Shown here one piece after another: positions 36,151 through 45,379 of a stretch of DNA of 64,000 nt (its first letter is position 1; each line of letters opens with the position of its first letter). The stretch comes from Dehalococcoidia bacterium. GTDB lineage: Bacteria; Chloroflexota; Dehalococcoidia; Lucifugimonadales; UBA3495. Where the stretch lies: NCBI GenBank assembly GCA_965261355.1, contig CBDHDK010000002.1, forward strand, positions 130,456 to 194,455, written 5' to 3'. The notes beneath the pieces were generated by a model. The model saw only the letters and a program-made list of their open reading frames with translations. It did not search any database and was not told the origin of the DNA. The position numbers and the translations under genes are program-made.

Positions 36151-37191
36151 ATGAAATTTGGCTTGTTTTCCCATGTGCCCTGGCCTGAGGATATCGCCCC
36201 GAGCCAGGTGGTGGACAACATCACGGAAGAGTTCGTGGTGGGCGAGGAGCTTGGCTTCGACAGCGGCTGGCTGGCCGAGCACCACTTCTCCCGATACGGC
36301 ATCGGCTCGGCGTCGCTGATGCTGCTGGCGAACATCGCGGCCCGCACGAAGAAGCTGCGGCTGGGCACAGCGGTGATCATCCCGCCGCTGCATCACCCGG
36401 TGAAGCTGGCGGAGGACACCGCCACGCTGGACCTGCTCAGCGGCGGCAGGCTGGACGCTGGCTTCGGTCGCGGCACCGCAGGGTACGAATACACCGGCTA
36501 CAGCGTCGACATCGCCGAAAGCCAGGCACGCTTCCAAGAGTCCATCCAGATTGTCGAGGGGCTCTGGTCCACGCCGGGCTTCACCTTCGAAGGCCAGTAC
36601 TACCAGGTGGAGAACGCCAACCTGGTGCCGCCGCCGTTGCAGAAGCCGCACCCGCCGATGTACATCGCCGCCACCAGAACACGCGAGACGCAGGACTTCG
36701 CCGCGGCCAGCGGGCATTCGGGCATCATCGGCGTGGTGCTGGACACCGCCGACGGGCTGGACCTCTGCTACCAGCTTGCGGAGGGCGCGCGCCAGTCGGG
36801 CAAGGAAATGGACATCGGCGGCATCCCGTTCTTCCGCTACTTCTACGTGGCGGAGACCGAGGAGCAGGCGCGGCGCGACAGCGAGGCGGCGCTGAACTGG
36901 ACGATGGATGTGAACCAGTGGCGCCGCACCTACCAGGGCGGCAGCGAGGTCTACGACAGCCTGGAGCATTTCCGCCGCACTCGCACCGAGGAGCCGACCT
37001 CCTTCGAGTACCTGTTCCAGCACCGGGCCTTCATCGGCAACCCCGAGCAGATAACCACCAAGATCCGCGCGCTGCAGGATGCGGGCATTAGCTACTTCGG
37101 CTGCAATTTCTCCTTCGGCGGGATGCCCCAGGACAAGGTGCTGAAGTCGATGGAACTGTTCGCCCGCGAAGTGATGCCCGAATTCGCGTAA
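36151..37191 (+). CDS. LLM-class (luciferase-like) flavin-dependent oxidoreductase
   Basis: Starts MKFGLFSH and contains GFDSGWLAEHHF, LGTAVIIPPLHHPVKLAED and LSGGRLDAGFGRG. ATG at 36151. Confidence 0.85.
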   Translation: MKFGLFSHVPWPEDIAPSQVVDNITEEFVVGEELGFDSGWLAEHHFSRYGIGSASLMLLANIAARTKKLRLGTAVIIPPLHHPVKLAEDTATLDLLSGGRLDAGFGRGTAGYEYTGYSVDIAESQARFQESIQIVEGLWSTPGFTFEGQYYQVENANLVPPPLQKPHPPMYIAATRTRETQDFAAASGHSGIIGVVLDTADGLDLCYQLAEGARQSGKEMDIGGIPFFRYFYVAETEEQARRDSEAALNWTMDVNQWRRTYQGGSEVYDSLEHFRRTRTEEPTSFEYLFQHRAFIGNPEQITTKIRALQDAGISYFGCNFSFGGMPQDKVLKSMELFAREVMPEFA

Positions 37192-37195
37192 GAAA

Positions 37196-37228
37196 ATCCC
37201 CTCTCCCATGGAGAGGGTCAGGGTGAGA
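37196..37228 (-). repeat. REP-like element, same family as 5003 and 6273 (copy 3, inverted)
   Basis: ATCCCCTCTCCCATGGAGAGGGTCAGGGTGAGAG lies between the LLM stop and the prpD-like start. Confidence 0.6.
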
Positions 37229-37279
37229 GTAATAAATGCGTCTCACCAGCCCGTAATAGCGCAGACAGGAGGCGACGAC

Positions 37280-38430
37280 ATGACCACCATGGCTGAAACG
37301 CTGAGCGGCTACGCATCGTCGCTGCGGTACGAGAACCTGCCGGAAGAGACGGTCCACCTAGCCAAGCGGTTCATCATCGACACCCTCGGTTGCGCTCTGG
37401 GCGGGTACAGCAGCGAACCGGCGCGGGTGGCCCGGGAGATGGCCGGCCTCGTCTCCAGTTCGCACCCCGTAACGGTTATGGGCAGCGGTCGGCACACCAG
37501 CCTGGATCTGGCATCCTTTGCAAACGGCGTCGCCATCCGATACCTCGACTTCAACGACGGCTACACCAGCAACGAGTCGGGCCACCCCAGCGACAGCATC
37601 GCCGCGTCGCTGTCGGCCACTGAGGCGGCGGGCGGCAGCGGAAAGACGTTCATTCTCTCGACGGTGCTGGCCTACGAGGTGTTCTGCCGGCTGTGCGACA
37701 CGGTGGACATCAAGCCCCGCTTCGACCACGTCACCGTTGGCGGCACGGCCAGCGCTCTGGCGGCGGCGCGTGCGTTGGGCCTTACGCCGGAGCAGACGCT
37801 GCAGGCCCTGAACCTGAACGTCGCCTCCAACCTCGCCCTGTACCAGACGCGCATCGGAGACGTGTCGATGTGGAAAGGCTGCGCTTACGCCAACGCCACC
37901 CGCAACGCAATGTTCGCCGTGCAATTGGCGCAGCGCGGCATCACCGGCCCGTCGCCGGTGTACGAGGGCGCGGGCGGCTACTTCAACACGGTCACCGGGC
38001 GTCCCTTCGAACTGGGTAAAATGGGCGGCGACGGCGAGCCCTTCAAGATTGCCGAGTGCAGCATCAAGCGGTTCCCGCTGGGCCAGTACTCCCAGACCAT
38101 CGCGCAGGCGGCCCTCGACGTGCGGGAGCAGGTGCCCGGCGGCATCGCGCCGGAAGCGGTAGCCGAGGTGAACATCGCCACCCTGCAGACTGCGGTGAAC
38201 ATCATGGCGGGCGACGCCGAGAAGTGGCGTCCCGCCAACCGCGAGACCGCCGACCACTCGATGCCATACACCACCGCCATAGCGCTGCTGTATGGTGGCG
38301 TGGCAAGCCGTCACTTCGACGACGAGTTCCTGTTCGACGAGACGTTGCTGGAGCTGGTGAGCAAGGTGAACGTGTCGGTGTCTGAAGAGGCCAACCGCCG
38401 CGTGCCGGAGGCGATGCTGTGCGACCTAGA
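37280..38430 (+). pseudogene. MmgE/PrpD-family protein, 5' portion (interrupted by IS)
   Basis: Starts MTTMAETLSGYASSLRYENLPEETVHLAKRFIIDTLGCALGG after AGGAGG. Native sequence ends at ...PEAMLCDLE, and the following 14 codons to the stop are IS-derived. Confidence 0.85.
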
Positions 38431-40261
38431 AGCCGGGCCGAAAAGCCCTGGATGGGGAGAGAGATTTCGGCAGTAAAGCCGGGGCGAACAGAATCTGGGA
38501 CCACAGCAGTCCGAGCCGGACAGCGCCGAAAATGGCCGTAGCATGGGCGACCACACCGTGGGAAACAGCCTGGACATCACTGGGGACGGCACTGAGGACG
38601 GCGCGGTGGCGCGGAAGCCCACCGCCGACACTGTCCGACAGCTCGATTTTGCCCGCCACCAGGGTCAGGTTGGCCACTGTAGCCGCTAGGTACAGCTGGA
38701 ATCGCGTCTTGGCGCGTCCGAAGTAGCGGGACTGGCGAATGCCCAACTGGACCAGTCGGGCCAATCTGTGCTCGACCACCACGCGTCGCGCTCGATATTC
38801 GTCATACCCGGCGCTCTGTTGCAACGCACGGGCCTGTTGCAGGAGAGCCTCCTGGGGATGGATCAGCACCCGCCGTCCCTTCCTGCCCTTGGCCGAGATG
38901 CACTGAGACCGCAGGGGACATGTCATACATTCGGACCCGTCGAACTGGAAGGCCTGCAAGTGGTGTATCCGACCCGCGGCATCCGTACGCCGTCCCGCTG
39001 GCACTATGGTGTGGGTGACCTGCCCTGCCGGACAGGTGCAACTGCCCGCCACCAGGTCGATGACAAAGTCATTCTTGGGAAAGCGCTGCCGGTCGGGCCG
39101 TCCCGGCACCCGGGCAATCAGGGTGCGGCCCGCGTCGGCGAAGGTCTGCCTGGTAGCTCCGTCTCCATAGGCGGCGTCGCCCATGGCCTCCTGCACCGGC
39201 ACACCGGTGTTGGCCTCGCTCTGTTCTACCAGTTCCAGCGCCCCCAGGTTGTCCGGAGCGTTGCCCGGCAGTACCTCCACGGCGGTGATCAGCTGGGTGT
39301 CGGTGTCAACCACAATCGCCGCCTTGTGTCCGTCGAAGCGTCTCCTGCTGCTCTTGTGCCCGTGGCGCATCTCAGGGTCGTGCACCGACATCATCCGGTC
39401 CTTGCTCACCCCGTCCTTGAGGCTCACGCCGTCATCGCCGTCGCCGTCGCCACCCTTGCGCTCAATGTCTTGGAGCAGCAACTGCCCCAGCAGTTCCGCC
39501 GCCGCCACTATCTGCTGACGCTCAGCACCGTCCTCGGGCAACTCCCCCTGGGCCAGCCGCGATAATTCCAAGAGCCGGTCCGCGTCTCCCACAATCCCCG
39601 CCAGCAGTGCCGTCCGCGCCCGCTTGTCCGACCAGTCGATGGTCGCCTCTCCCTTGATGCTGGAGGCGAGGTACCGCCCGTATCCCCGGGCCTTGGCCCA
39701 TTTCCCGACGCTGATTCCCTCAACCTGCGCCAGCGCCCGCATCAGTTTGACGATCCCGTCGGCCAGCAGATTGTAGGTGTCCCTCACCGCGCCCCGGCCC
39801 AGGATGTTGGTCGTGTCCAGAGCCACCTTCATGCTGCGCCTCTTCAGGTAGCCCGACTCCCGGGCGAGGCGCACGCTGGACTCGAATACCTCCCGCACCC
39901 TGTCGTGCAGGATCAGCTGGGCCCGGAACACCTGGAGCGTGCTTTTGGCGAAGGGCCTGTCCTCCACCTCAATCCCCAGAGCCACCTTCCAGCGGATGTC
40001 GAAGTCGGCCCGGGCCTTGGCCTCGGCGTCGCTCACCTTGTCGTGGGTCTGCAACAGCAGCGCCGTGGCCAGCAGGCTGGGCGGCACGCTGTCCCGGCCG
40101 TTGTCAGCGCAGTAGAACACCGCGAAATCGGAGTCCTGGAACAGCCGGCCCCGCAGGGAAGCCAGCAGACCGTAGAAGGTGTCCTTCCCCACGTGGTCCA
40201 GGTACAACCGGTCCGCTTCCCAAAGACCCCTCTGGTCCGAACGCTCTCCCAGCATTCTCAA
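38426..40261 (-). CDS. IS5/IS1182-type DDE transposase
   Basis: 611 aa. It has a DUF772-like N-terminus (GRDSVPPSLLATALLLQTHDKVSDAEA...DIRWKVALG), a DDE region (VVDTDTQLITAVEVLPGNAPD, GDAAYGDG) and VVEHRLARL...RQSRYFGRAKT. Its stop codon lies in the duplicated CTAG. Confidence 0.85.
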   Translation of the reverse strand: MRMLGERSDQRGLWEADRLYLDHVGKDTFYGLLASLRGRLFQDSDFAVFYCADNGRDSVPPSLLATALLLQTHDKVSDAEAKARADFDIRWKVALGIEVEDRPFAKSTLQVFRAQLILHDRVREVFESSVRLARESGYLKRRSMKVALDTTNILGRGAVRDTYNLLADGIVKLMRALAQVEGISVGKWAKARGYGRYLASSIKGEATIDWSDKRARTALLAGIVGDADRLLELSRLAQGELPEDGAERQQIVAAAELLGQLLLQDIERKGGDGDGDDGVSLKDGVSKDRMMSVHDPEMRHGHKSSRRRFDGHKAAIVVDTDTQLITAVEVLPGNAPDNLGALELVEQSEANTGVPVQEAMGDAAYGDGATRQTFADAGRTLIARVPGRPDRQRFPKNDFVIDLVAGSCTCPAGQVTHTIVPAGRRTDAAGRIHHLQAFQFDGSECMTCPLRSQCISAKGRKGRRVLIHPQEALLQQARALQQSAGYDEYRARRVVVEHRLARLVQLGIRQSRYFGRAKTRFQLYLAATVANLTLVAGKIELSDSVGGGLPRHRAVLSAVPSDVQAVSHGVVAHATAIFGAVRLGLLWSQILFAPALLPKSLSPSRAFRPGF

Positions 40262-40328
40262 CCCTCGCTACTCTTGTTGACCCCAATTATAAATGCTCGG
40301 CGACTCAAACCACTTTCCGGCCAGATTT
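38430..40328 (-). mobile_element. IS5/IS1182-group insertion sequence, about 1.9 kb, flanked by CTAG(A) target-site duplication
   Basis: CTAGA occurs at 38426-38430 and at 40329-40333. The imperfect terminal inverted repeats are AAGCCGGGCCGAAAAG and AAATCTGGCCGGAAAG. Removing the element restores the PrpD reading frame exactly. Confidence 0.85.
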
Positions 40329-40553
40329 CTAGAGGTGGTGACCACGTCGGGCCAGCGGTACGCATCGCAGGTCGCGTACCACAAGGGGCACTACCGGAAC
40401 CCGCTGACCGACGCCGAGGTGGAGGACAAGTTCCGCTCTCTCGCCGCCGAGCACCTGCCCAACGACCGCATCGACACGCTGCTGACCCACCTCTGGCACA
40501 TCGACGAGGCACCCGACCTCACGGAACTGCTGCGGCTGGCGCGCTTCGAGTAG
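40329..40553 (+). pseudogene. MmgE/PrpD-family protein, 3' portion
   Basis: LEVVTTSGQRYASQVAYHKGHYRNPLTDAEVEDKFRSLAAEHL... is the typical PrpD/MmgE C-terminus. It is in frame with the 5' portion once the IS is removed. Confidence 0.85.
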
Positions 40554-40591
40554 GCGCGCCAGCATCCTTCAAGTTGCGGGGAGGAACGGCC

Positions 40592-41725
40592 ATGCCCAAC
40601 GCCTTCGGCAAGATAATCGCCAACGTCGACCGCCTGCACGCCCTGATGGACGAGGAAGGGGTCTCGGCCCTTGTCGCCCGCTCGGGCAAGAACTTCACCT
40701 ACCTCGCCGGGTTCGCCTACCCCGGGACCTTGGCTCGCCACCTGGAGTTCCCCGACTCGCCGCGAGAGGTGCTGCTGGTGTGGCCGCGTGTCGGCGAGCC
40801 GGTGATCGTGCTGAACACCTACGCCGCGCCGCTGGCCCGCCGCGATTCGTGGCTGGAGCGCGTCGAGGTGTACGACGACTACGCCGAGTCGCCTTACGAG
40901 CGAGCCGCCGACGTGCTGAGGGAGCTGGGCCTGGCGGAGGAGACCATCGGCTTCGAGAAGACCTACGTCAACGCCGGCCGCTGGGAGGAGATTGCCGGGC
41001 TGCTGCCGAAGGCCCGCATCGTCGACAGCACCGAGCTGATGGACCGTGTGCGCTGGATCAAGACGCCCGAGGAGGTGGCGGCGCTCGAGGCGGGCGCGAA
41101 GCTGCTCGACGAGGCCTACCTTGAGGTGCTGCCCACGGTGCGCCCCGGCGACACCGAGCGGCTGGTGCATAGTCGCATCATCGAGGGCTGCCTCAGGCGC
41201 GGCGCCAACTGGGCCCACGGCATCCTGAACTCCAGCCGCAACACCGTAGCCTACGGCGGCGAGAGCGACATGCCCTTCGAGGCGGGAGACATCATACGCA
41301 ACGATTATGTCTCCTACCTGAACGGCTACCCGGGCCACCAGTCCCGGAGCGTCTGCGTCGGAACGCCTTCGGACGAGCAGAAAAAGATTTACCGGGTAAC
41401 CCGCAACATTTACCGCGCCACCATCGACCGCTGCCGGCCCGGCGCAAGGACGGCCGACCTGTACCACTTCGCCAACGACAGCTTCCACGAGGCCGGGTTC
41501 CAGGGCAACGTGTCGCTGGCCGGCCACGGCGTCGGGGCCTGGTGGCACCAGCAGGAGCCATACATGGTGCCGTCCAGCGCCCGTGTCCTCGAGAAAGGCA
41601 TGGTCGTTGCCCTCGAGCCCCACATCGGCTACTGGCACCTGCAGGACATGGTGCTCGTCACCGACGACGAGCCCCGCCTGCTGTCGCCGCTCATCAGCAC
41701 CAACGAGATGCTGGTGGCGGGCTAG
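40592..41725 (+). CDS. M24-family metallopeptidase (Xaa-Pro peptidase/creatinase-like)
   Basis: 377 aa from the ATG at 40592 (GGAGGAA RBS). It has a creatinase-type N-domain and a pita-bread domain (IKTPEEV, DYVSYLNGYPGHQSR, GHGVG, ALEPH). Confidence 0.8.
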   Translation: MPNAFGKIIANVDRLHALMDEEGVSALVARSGKNFTYLAGFAYPGTLARHLEFPDSPREVLLVWPRVGEPVIVLNTYAAPLARRDSWLERVEVYDDYAESPYERAADVLRELGLAEETIGFEKTYVNAGRWEEIAGLLPKARIVDSTELMDRVRWIKTPEEVAALEAGAKLLDEAYLEVLPTVRPGDTERLVHSRIIEGCLRRGANWAHGILNSSRNTVAYGGESDMPFEAGDIIRNDYVSYLNGYPGHQSRSVCVGTPSDEQKKIYRVTRNIYRATIDRCRPGARTADLYHFANDSFHEAGFQGNVSLAGHGVGAWWHQQEPYMVPSSARVLEKGMVVALEPHIGYWHLQDMVLVTDDEPRLLSPLISTNEMLVAG

Positions 41726-41749
41726 AGGGCTGCCGCAGCCATCCCACCC

Positions 41750-42157
41750 CTAAGCCGACACCTCCTGGTGGCGGGGGTGGAAGCCGGAGTGGTCCGCGAA
41801 TGCGCCGGATTCGGGGTATATCTGGCGGTAGAGGCCGCGGGTGCGGGCCTTGACGGTCTTGTTGACCCGCAGGTACAAGGCCGTCGGGTCGGCCTGCTGT
41901 TCCTTGTACATCTGGCTTTGCAGCGGGCTACCGTCTTCCAGTTCCCAGATGCACAGGTACTGCAGCGCGCCATCGCCTTCTTCCAGCTTGAAGCGGCGGG
42001 CGCTGACGTAGCCCGGGATCTCCATCCGCTCCGGCAGGTGCTGCTCGTTGTACCATTTGTTGAATTCCGCCTCGTCCTCCGGGTCTACTTCCATGGTCAC
42101 CACCAGCACCGTGTTGCCGATGGGCATCGTGGGGTGATTGCCGTTCCGTTCCGCCAT
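41750..42157 (-). CDS. dimeric alpha/beta-barrel (EthD/DUF4286-like) protein
   Basis: 135 aa from MAERNG (AGGAGG RBS). It contains the EFNKWYNEQHLPE...PGYVSARRF pattern. Confidence 0.5.
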   Translation of the reverse strand: MAERNGNHPTMPIGNTVLVVTMEVDPEDEAEFNKWYNEQHLPERMEIPGYVSARRFKLEEGDGALQYLCIWELEDGSPLQSQMYKEQQADPTALYLRVNKTVKARTRGLYRQIYPESGAFADHSGFHPRHQEVSA

Positions 42158-42391
42158 CGTTGTCCCTCCTAATGAACTATCGTTTCCGCCAAGCATGAAG
42201 GTCGGGGCAAGTATACCAACGGCGCACTGCCGTTGAATGTCCACCGGCAGCCTTTCCAACTTTCCGTCTCAATTGCCCTCGCCTCAATTGCAGCTGGGCC
42301 TCGCCGTGCTAAAATCTTCCTGTTTCGGCCAACAGATGCCGTGCGGGTTCCGTGTGCCGCACAGGTACTTTCGAATCAGGGGTCATATAAG

Positions 42392-43087
42392 TTGCAGACG
42401 AGCGAACGAACGAGAATCAAGAACCACCCGGAGCGGGCGGTGCCAGAAGAGGCGGCGGAAATCCTCAGCGCAGGCTTCGTGGCCCACGTCGGCTTCATCG
42501 AGGACGGGCTCCCCTACGTAATCCCGCTGTCATACCACTACGAAAGAGAACAGCCCGACCGGCTGTACCTGCACGGCTCCATCCGCAGTCGCGCCCTTGA
42601 GCTGCTGGCCTCCGGAGCGCCGGTCTGCGTCACTGTGACGTTGACCGACGGGCTGGTCTACTCCCGCAAGGCGATGAACCACTCAATCAACTACCGCAGC
42701 GTGGTGCTGTTTGGCACAGCTCGCGAGGTGACCGACCACGACGAGAAGTTCGCGCTTTTCGACCGGATGGTGCAGCGATATTTCCCCGGCCGGCTCCTGG
42801 AGCGCGACTACAACCCGCCGCCCGCTTCCGACCTCGGCATCACCGCGCTGGTGGAGGTGCGGATCGAGGAGTGGAGCGCCAAGGCCCGCCGCGGCGGGCC
42901 CACTGGCCCGGACGACGGTCCTGTCCGGCATGCCAGGGAACGAACTGACAACCAAAGACTCCAAACTTTTAGCATCAGAGAGGCCATGAAATGGTGGTAT
43001 TGGGCGAAGGCGAGTACAGGTACGAGGTTTCCGAGGGCTGGGGCAAGCTGCCCGACGGGTGGGGTTTCAAGGAGTGCGCCGCCGTAG
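42392..43087 (+). CDS. pyridoxamine 5'-phosphate oxidase-family flavin-binding protein
   Basis: Contains TRIKNHPERA, GFVAHVGFIEDGLPYVIPLSYHY, LYLHGS and SINYRSVVLFG. I propose the TTG start at 42392. The 3' end overlaps the next gene by 97 nt and the tail looks atypical. Confidence 0.65.
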   Translation: MQTSERTRIKNHPERAVPEEAAEILSAGFVAHVGFIEDGLPYVIPLSYHYEREQPDRLYLHGSIRSRALELLASGAPVCVTVTLTDGLVYSRKAMNHSINYRSVVLFGTAREVTDHDEKFALFDRMVQRYFPGRLLERDYNPPPASDLGITALVEVRIEEWSAKARRGGPTGPDDGPVRHARERTDNQRLQTFSIREAMKWWYWAKASTGTRFPRAGASCPTGGVSRSAPP

Positions 43088-43941
43088 GCTGCGACGCAAA
43101 CGATAACGTGTACGTGTTCAACCGTGGCGAGCATCCGGTGATCGTGTTCGACGCCGACGGCAACTTCCTGCGCTCCTGGGGCGAGGGCCTGTACCCGCGG
43201 GCACACGGCGTAACCTTGAGTCCCGACAGCACCATCTTCTTGACCGACGACGGCGACCACACCGTGCGCAAGTGCAACCTGGACGGCACCGTGCTGTTCT
43301 CCCTCGGCATACCCGGCACGCCCGCGCCCTTCATGAGCGGCGACCCGTTCAACCGCTGCACCCACGTCGCCATCGACCCGCAGACCGCCGAGTTCTACGT
43401 GTCCGACGGCTACGGCAACGCCCGCGTCCACAAGTACGACCCCGAGGGCAAGCTGCTGTTCTCATGGGGAGAGTCGGGTACCGGTGAGGGACAGTTCAAC
43501 ATCGCCCACAACGTTTGCACCGACAAGGACGGCTGGGTCTACGTCGCAGACCGCGAGAACCAGCGCGTCCAGGTCTTCGACAAGAACGGCAAGTTCGAGA
43601 CGCAGTGGAAGAACATGGCCCGCCCCTGCGGCCTGTACATCGACCAGAGCGGCAACCAGAAGGTCTACGTGGGCGAGCTTGGCGTCGCCATCGGCCCCAA
43701 CTCGCAGGCCTACGGTCTCGGCCCCCGCGTCGGCATCCACGATGTGAAGGGCAACGTGCTGGCGCGCCTTGGCGACGCTCCGGAGAGCGAAGACCCCGGC
43801 CACTTCATCGCCCCCCATGGCGTCTGCATCAACTCGAAGGGCGACATCTTCGTTGGCGAGGTCTCGTGGACCCACACCGGCAGCCACCTCAACCCGCCCC
43901 GTGAGATCCGATCGCTGCAGAAGCTGACCAAGTTGGCGTAA
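42991..43941 (+). CDS. NHL-repeat six-bladed beta-propeller protein (peptidylglycine-lyase-like)
   Basis: 316 aa with repeated NHL-like blocks (VYVFNRGEHPVIVFD, FYVSDGYGNARVHKYD, VYVADRENQRVQVFD, IFVGEV). Confidence 0.8.
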   Translation: MVVLGEGEYRYEVSEGWGKLPDGWGFKECAAVGCDANDNVYVFNRGEHPVIVFDADGNFLRSWGEGLYPRAHGVTLSPDSTIFLTDDGDHTVRKCNLDGTVLFSLGIPGTPAPFMSGDPFNRCTHVAIDPQTAEFYVSDGYGNARVHKYDPEGKLLFSWGESGTGEGQFNIAHNVCTDKDGWVYVADRENQRVQVFDKNGKFETQWKNMARPCGLYIDQSGNQKVYVGELGVAIGPNSQAYGLGPRVGIHDVKGNVLARLGDAPESEDPGHFIAPHGVCINSKGDIFVGEVSWTHTGSHLNPPREIRSLQKLTKLA

Positions 43942-44179
43942 TTCCTTCATCCGGGTGCGCAGCAGGCCTTTGAATTTGGCCTGTTGCGCAGTCCGGTCCT
44001 CGGCGACATCTCACCACGTCAATGAAGCCACCGCTGCCCCTCGACTTTGGAAGAATGGGCGGCTTATGAATTCCCGCGTTTGACCCGATGGCACAGGCTG
44101 CATCCAGCACCAACCTAACCGGCGTACTATCTTCACACGCGCCAGAGTTGTTTAACTCTTCCAACCCCAGGAGCCGGCG

Positions 44180-45019
44180 ATGGCCTCCCTTGTTACCCTG
44201 TTGTTGGCATTCATGCTCCTTCTCACCACCTGCCAGGGCGGCGCCACAGTGTCCGACTCCTCCGGTTCCTCACGGAGCGGATACGCATCGATTGATGGGT
44301 CGGTCACGTACCGCGAACGGCTGGCGCTTACGCCGGACGCGAGGCTGGTCATCGAGCTGCGGGACGTGACCTACGCCGACGCTCCTGCACCCCTCATAGC
44401 GAGCATGAACATTTCCAACCCAGGGCAGGTGCCCATTCACTTCAGGCTGGAGTACGACACGGCGGACATCGATCCCCGGAACATCTACTCGGTCAGCGCC
44501 ACCATATTCGAGTCCGACGGCCGAATGGCCTTCACCAACGACACCGCCCAAGAGGTGATAACCCGGGGCAATCCCGGCCGCGTGGATATGCGACTCGTGA
44601 TGGTGCAGCCCCCGCCGGGACCTTCCGGTGAAGAGTTCGTGAACACAGCGTGGGTGGAAGGGCCGGTCCGAATCATCAGCGCAAACCTTCTCCCCAACGA
44701 GCCGGAGCCCCTCGTCCGCGTGGTGCACCTCCAGTCTACGGTCGAAGGGTGCGCGCGCCGCGGCAACCAGACACTGGCTGTAGAGGGCTCCGAAATCATC
44801 GTAAGCGTCACCCTGATGCAGCCTCCCGATACTCCGTGGGCCATACCGTGCGACGGTGAGACGGTTCAGGTGGACGAGATACTGCCCTTGGAAGCGTCCC
44901 TGTCTCATGGCAAGAGCTACCGGATAATCGCCAACGGCCAAAAAACGGCGTCGTTTACGCTGCCGGACCCGGCCCTGGGATACACCCACCTGGCGGAGTC
45001 CGTCGTTCGCGACTTCTAG
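44180..45019 (+). CDS. YbaY-like lipoprotein with extra C-terminal domain
   Basis: Signal peptide plus lipobox LLTTC. GSVTYRERLALTPDARLVIELRDVTYADAP...VPIHF is colinear with E. coli YbaY. It ends at a TAG that is in frame with the next ORF. Confidence 0.8.
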   Translation: MASLVTLLLAFMLLLTTCQGGATVSDSSGSSRSGYASIDGSVTYRERLALTPDARLVIELRDVTYADAPAPLIASMNISNPGQVPIHFRLEYDTADIDPRNIYSVSATIFESDGRMAFTNDTAQEVITRGNPGRVDMRLVMVQPPPGPSGEEFVNTAWVEGPVRIISANLLPNEPEPLVRVVHLQSTVEGCARRGNQTLAVEGSEIIVSVTLMQPPDTPWAIPCDGETVQVDEILPLEASLSHGKSYRIIANGQKTASFTLPDPALGYTHLAESVVRDF

Positions 45020-45061
45020 ATAAGGCGGTCCGGCGATGACCCCGGGGAGTATCAGCTGCGG

Positions 45062-45298
45062 GTGGTGTCCGGGAGGTCCAGCGGAAGCTGCACCCGCGTC
45101 AACGGGTACGAGGTCATCCGGAACGAACCGGAAGTCATCGAGGTGCGTGTAACTCACCACCAGGTGTCAGACCCGGAAGCCAGGTGCACCAAGGACTTCC
45201 CCATCAACGAAACGGTGGTGCCTCTGGGAACCGGGTTCGAGGCGGGCACGGAGTATACCGTGGAGGTCAACGGACAGGCACGCACCTTCACCCCGTGA
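45062..45298 (+). CDS. domain repeat homologous to the C-terminal domain of the preceding lipoprotein (separate ORF or cut-off exon-like remnant)
   Basis: It is in the same frame as 44180-45019, with a single TAG and 14 sense codons between them. GTG start without an obvious RBS. It shares the C...I.V.VT...C...PL...G..Y....NGQ...FT.P pattern with residues about 185-270 of the upstream protein. Confidence 0.45.
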   Translation: MVSGRSSGSCTRVNGYEVIRNEPEVIEVRVTHHQVSDPEARCTKDFPINETVVPLGTGFEAGTEYTVEVNGQARTFTP

Positions 45299-45379
45299 TA
45301 GAATCCGGCGGCGACCCGGGCCCTCGTTTGCGGTTCCGGCGGGGTGCGGGAGTCTATCGCAGGGCAGGGTGTATCCGGC

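Noticed and set aside
34981-37209. 742-aa minus-strand ORF taken as one gene
   Set aside because: Only the C-terminal 334 codons resemble HolA. The N-terminal 408 codons are antisense to a clear LLM oxidoreductase (36151-37191) and have shadow-ORF composition. I re-called it as holA 34981-35985.
39905-41725. 606-aa plus-strand ORF
   Set aside because: The first 229 codons run antisense through the IS transposase and across the PrpD 3' fragment in another frame. The genuine M24 peptidase starts at ATG 40592, which has a good RBS.
42991-43087. Possible frameshift at the 3' end of the PNPOx-family gene (97-nt overlap with the NHL gene, atypical tail after ...GPTGPDDG)
   Set aside because: I could not find an alternative frame that restores a family-like C-terminus, so I cannot support a frameshift call. 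I left it as an annotation caveat.
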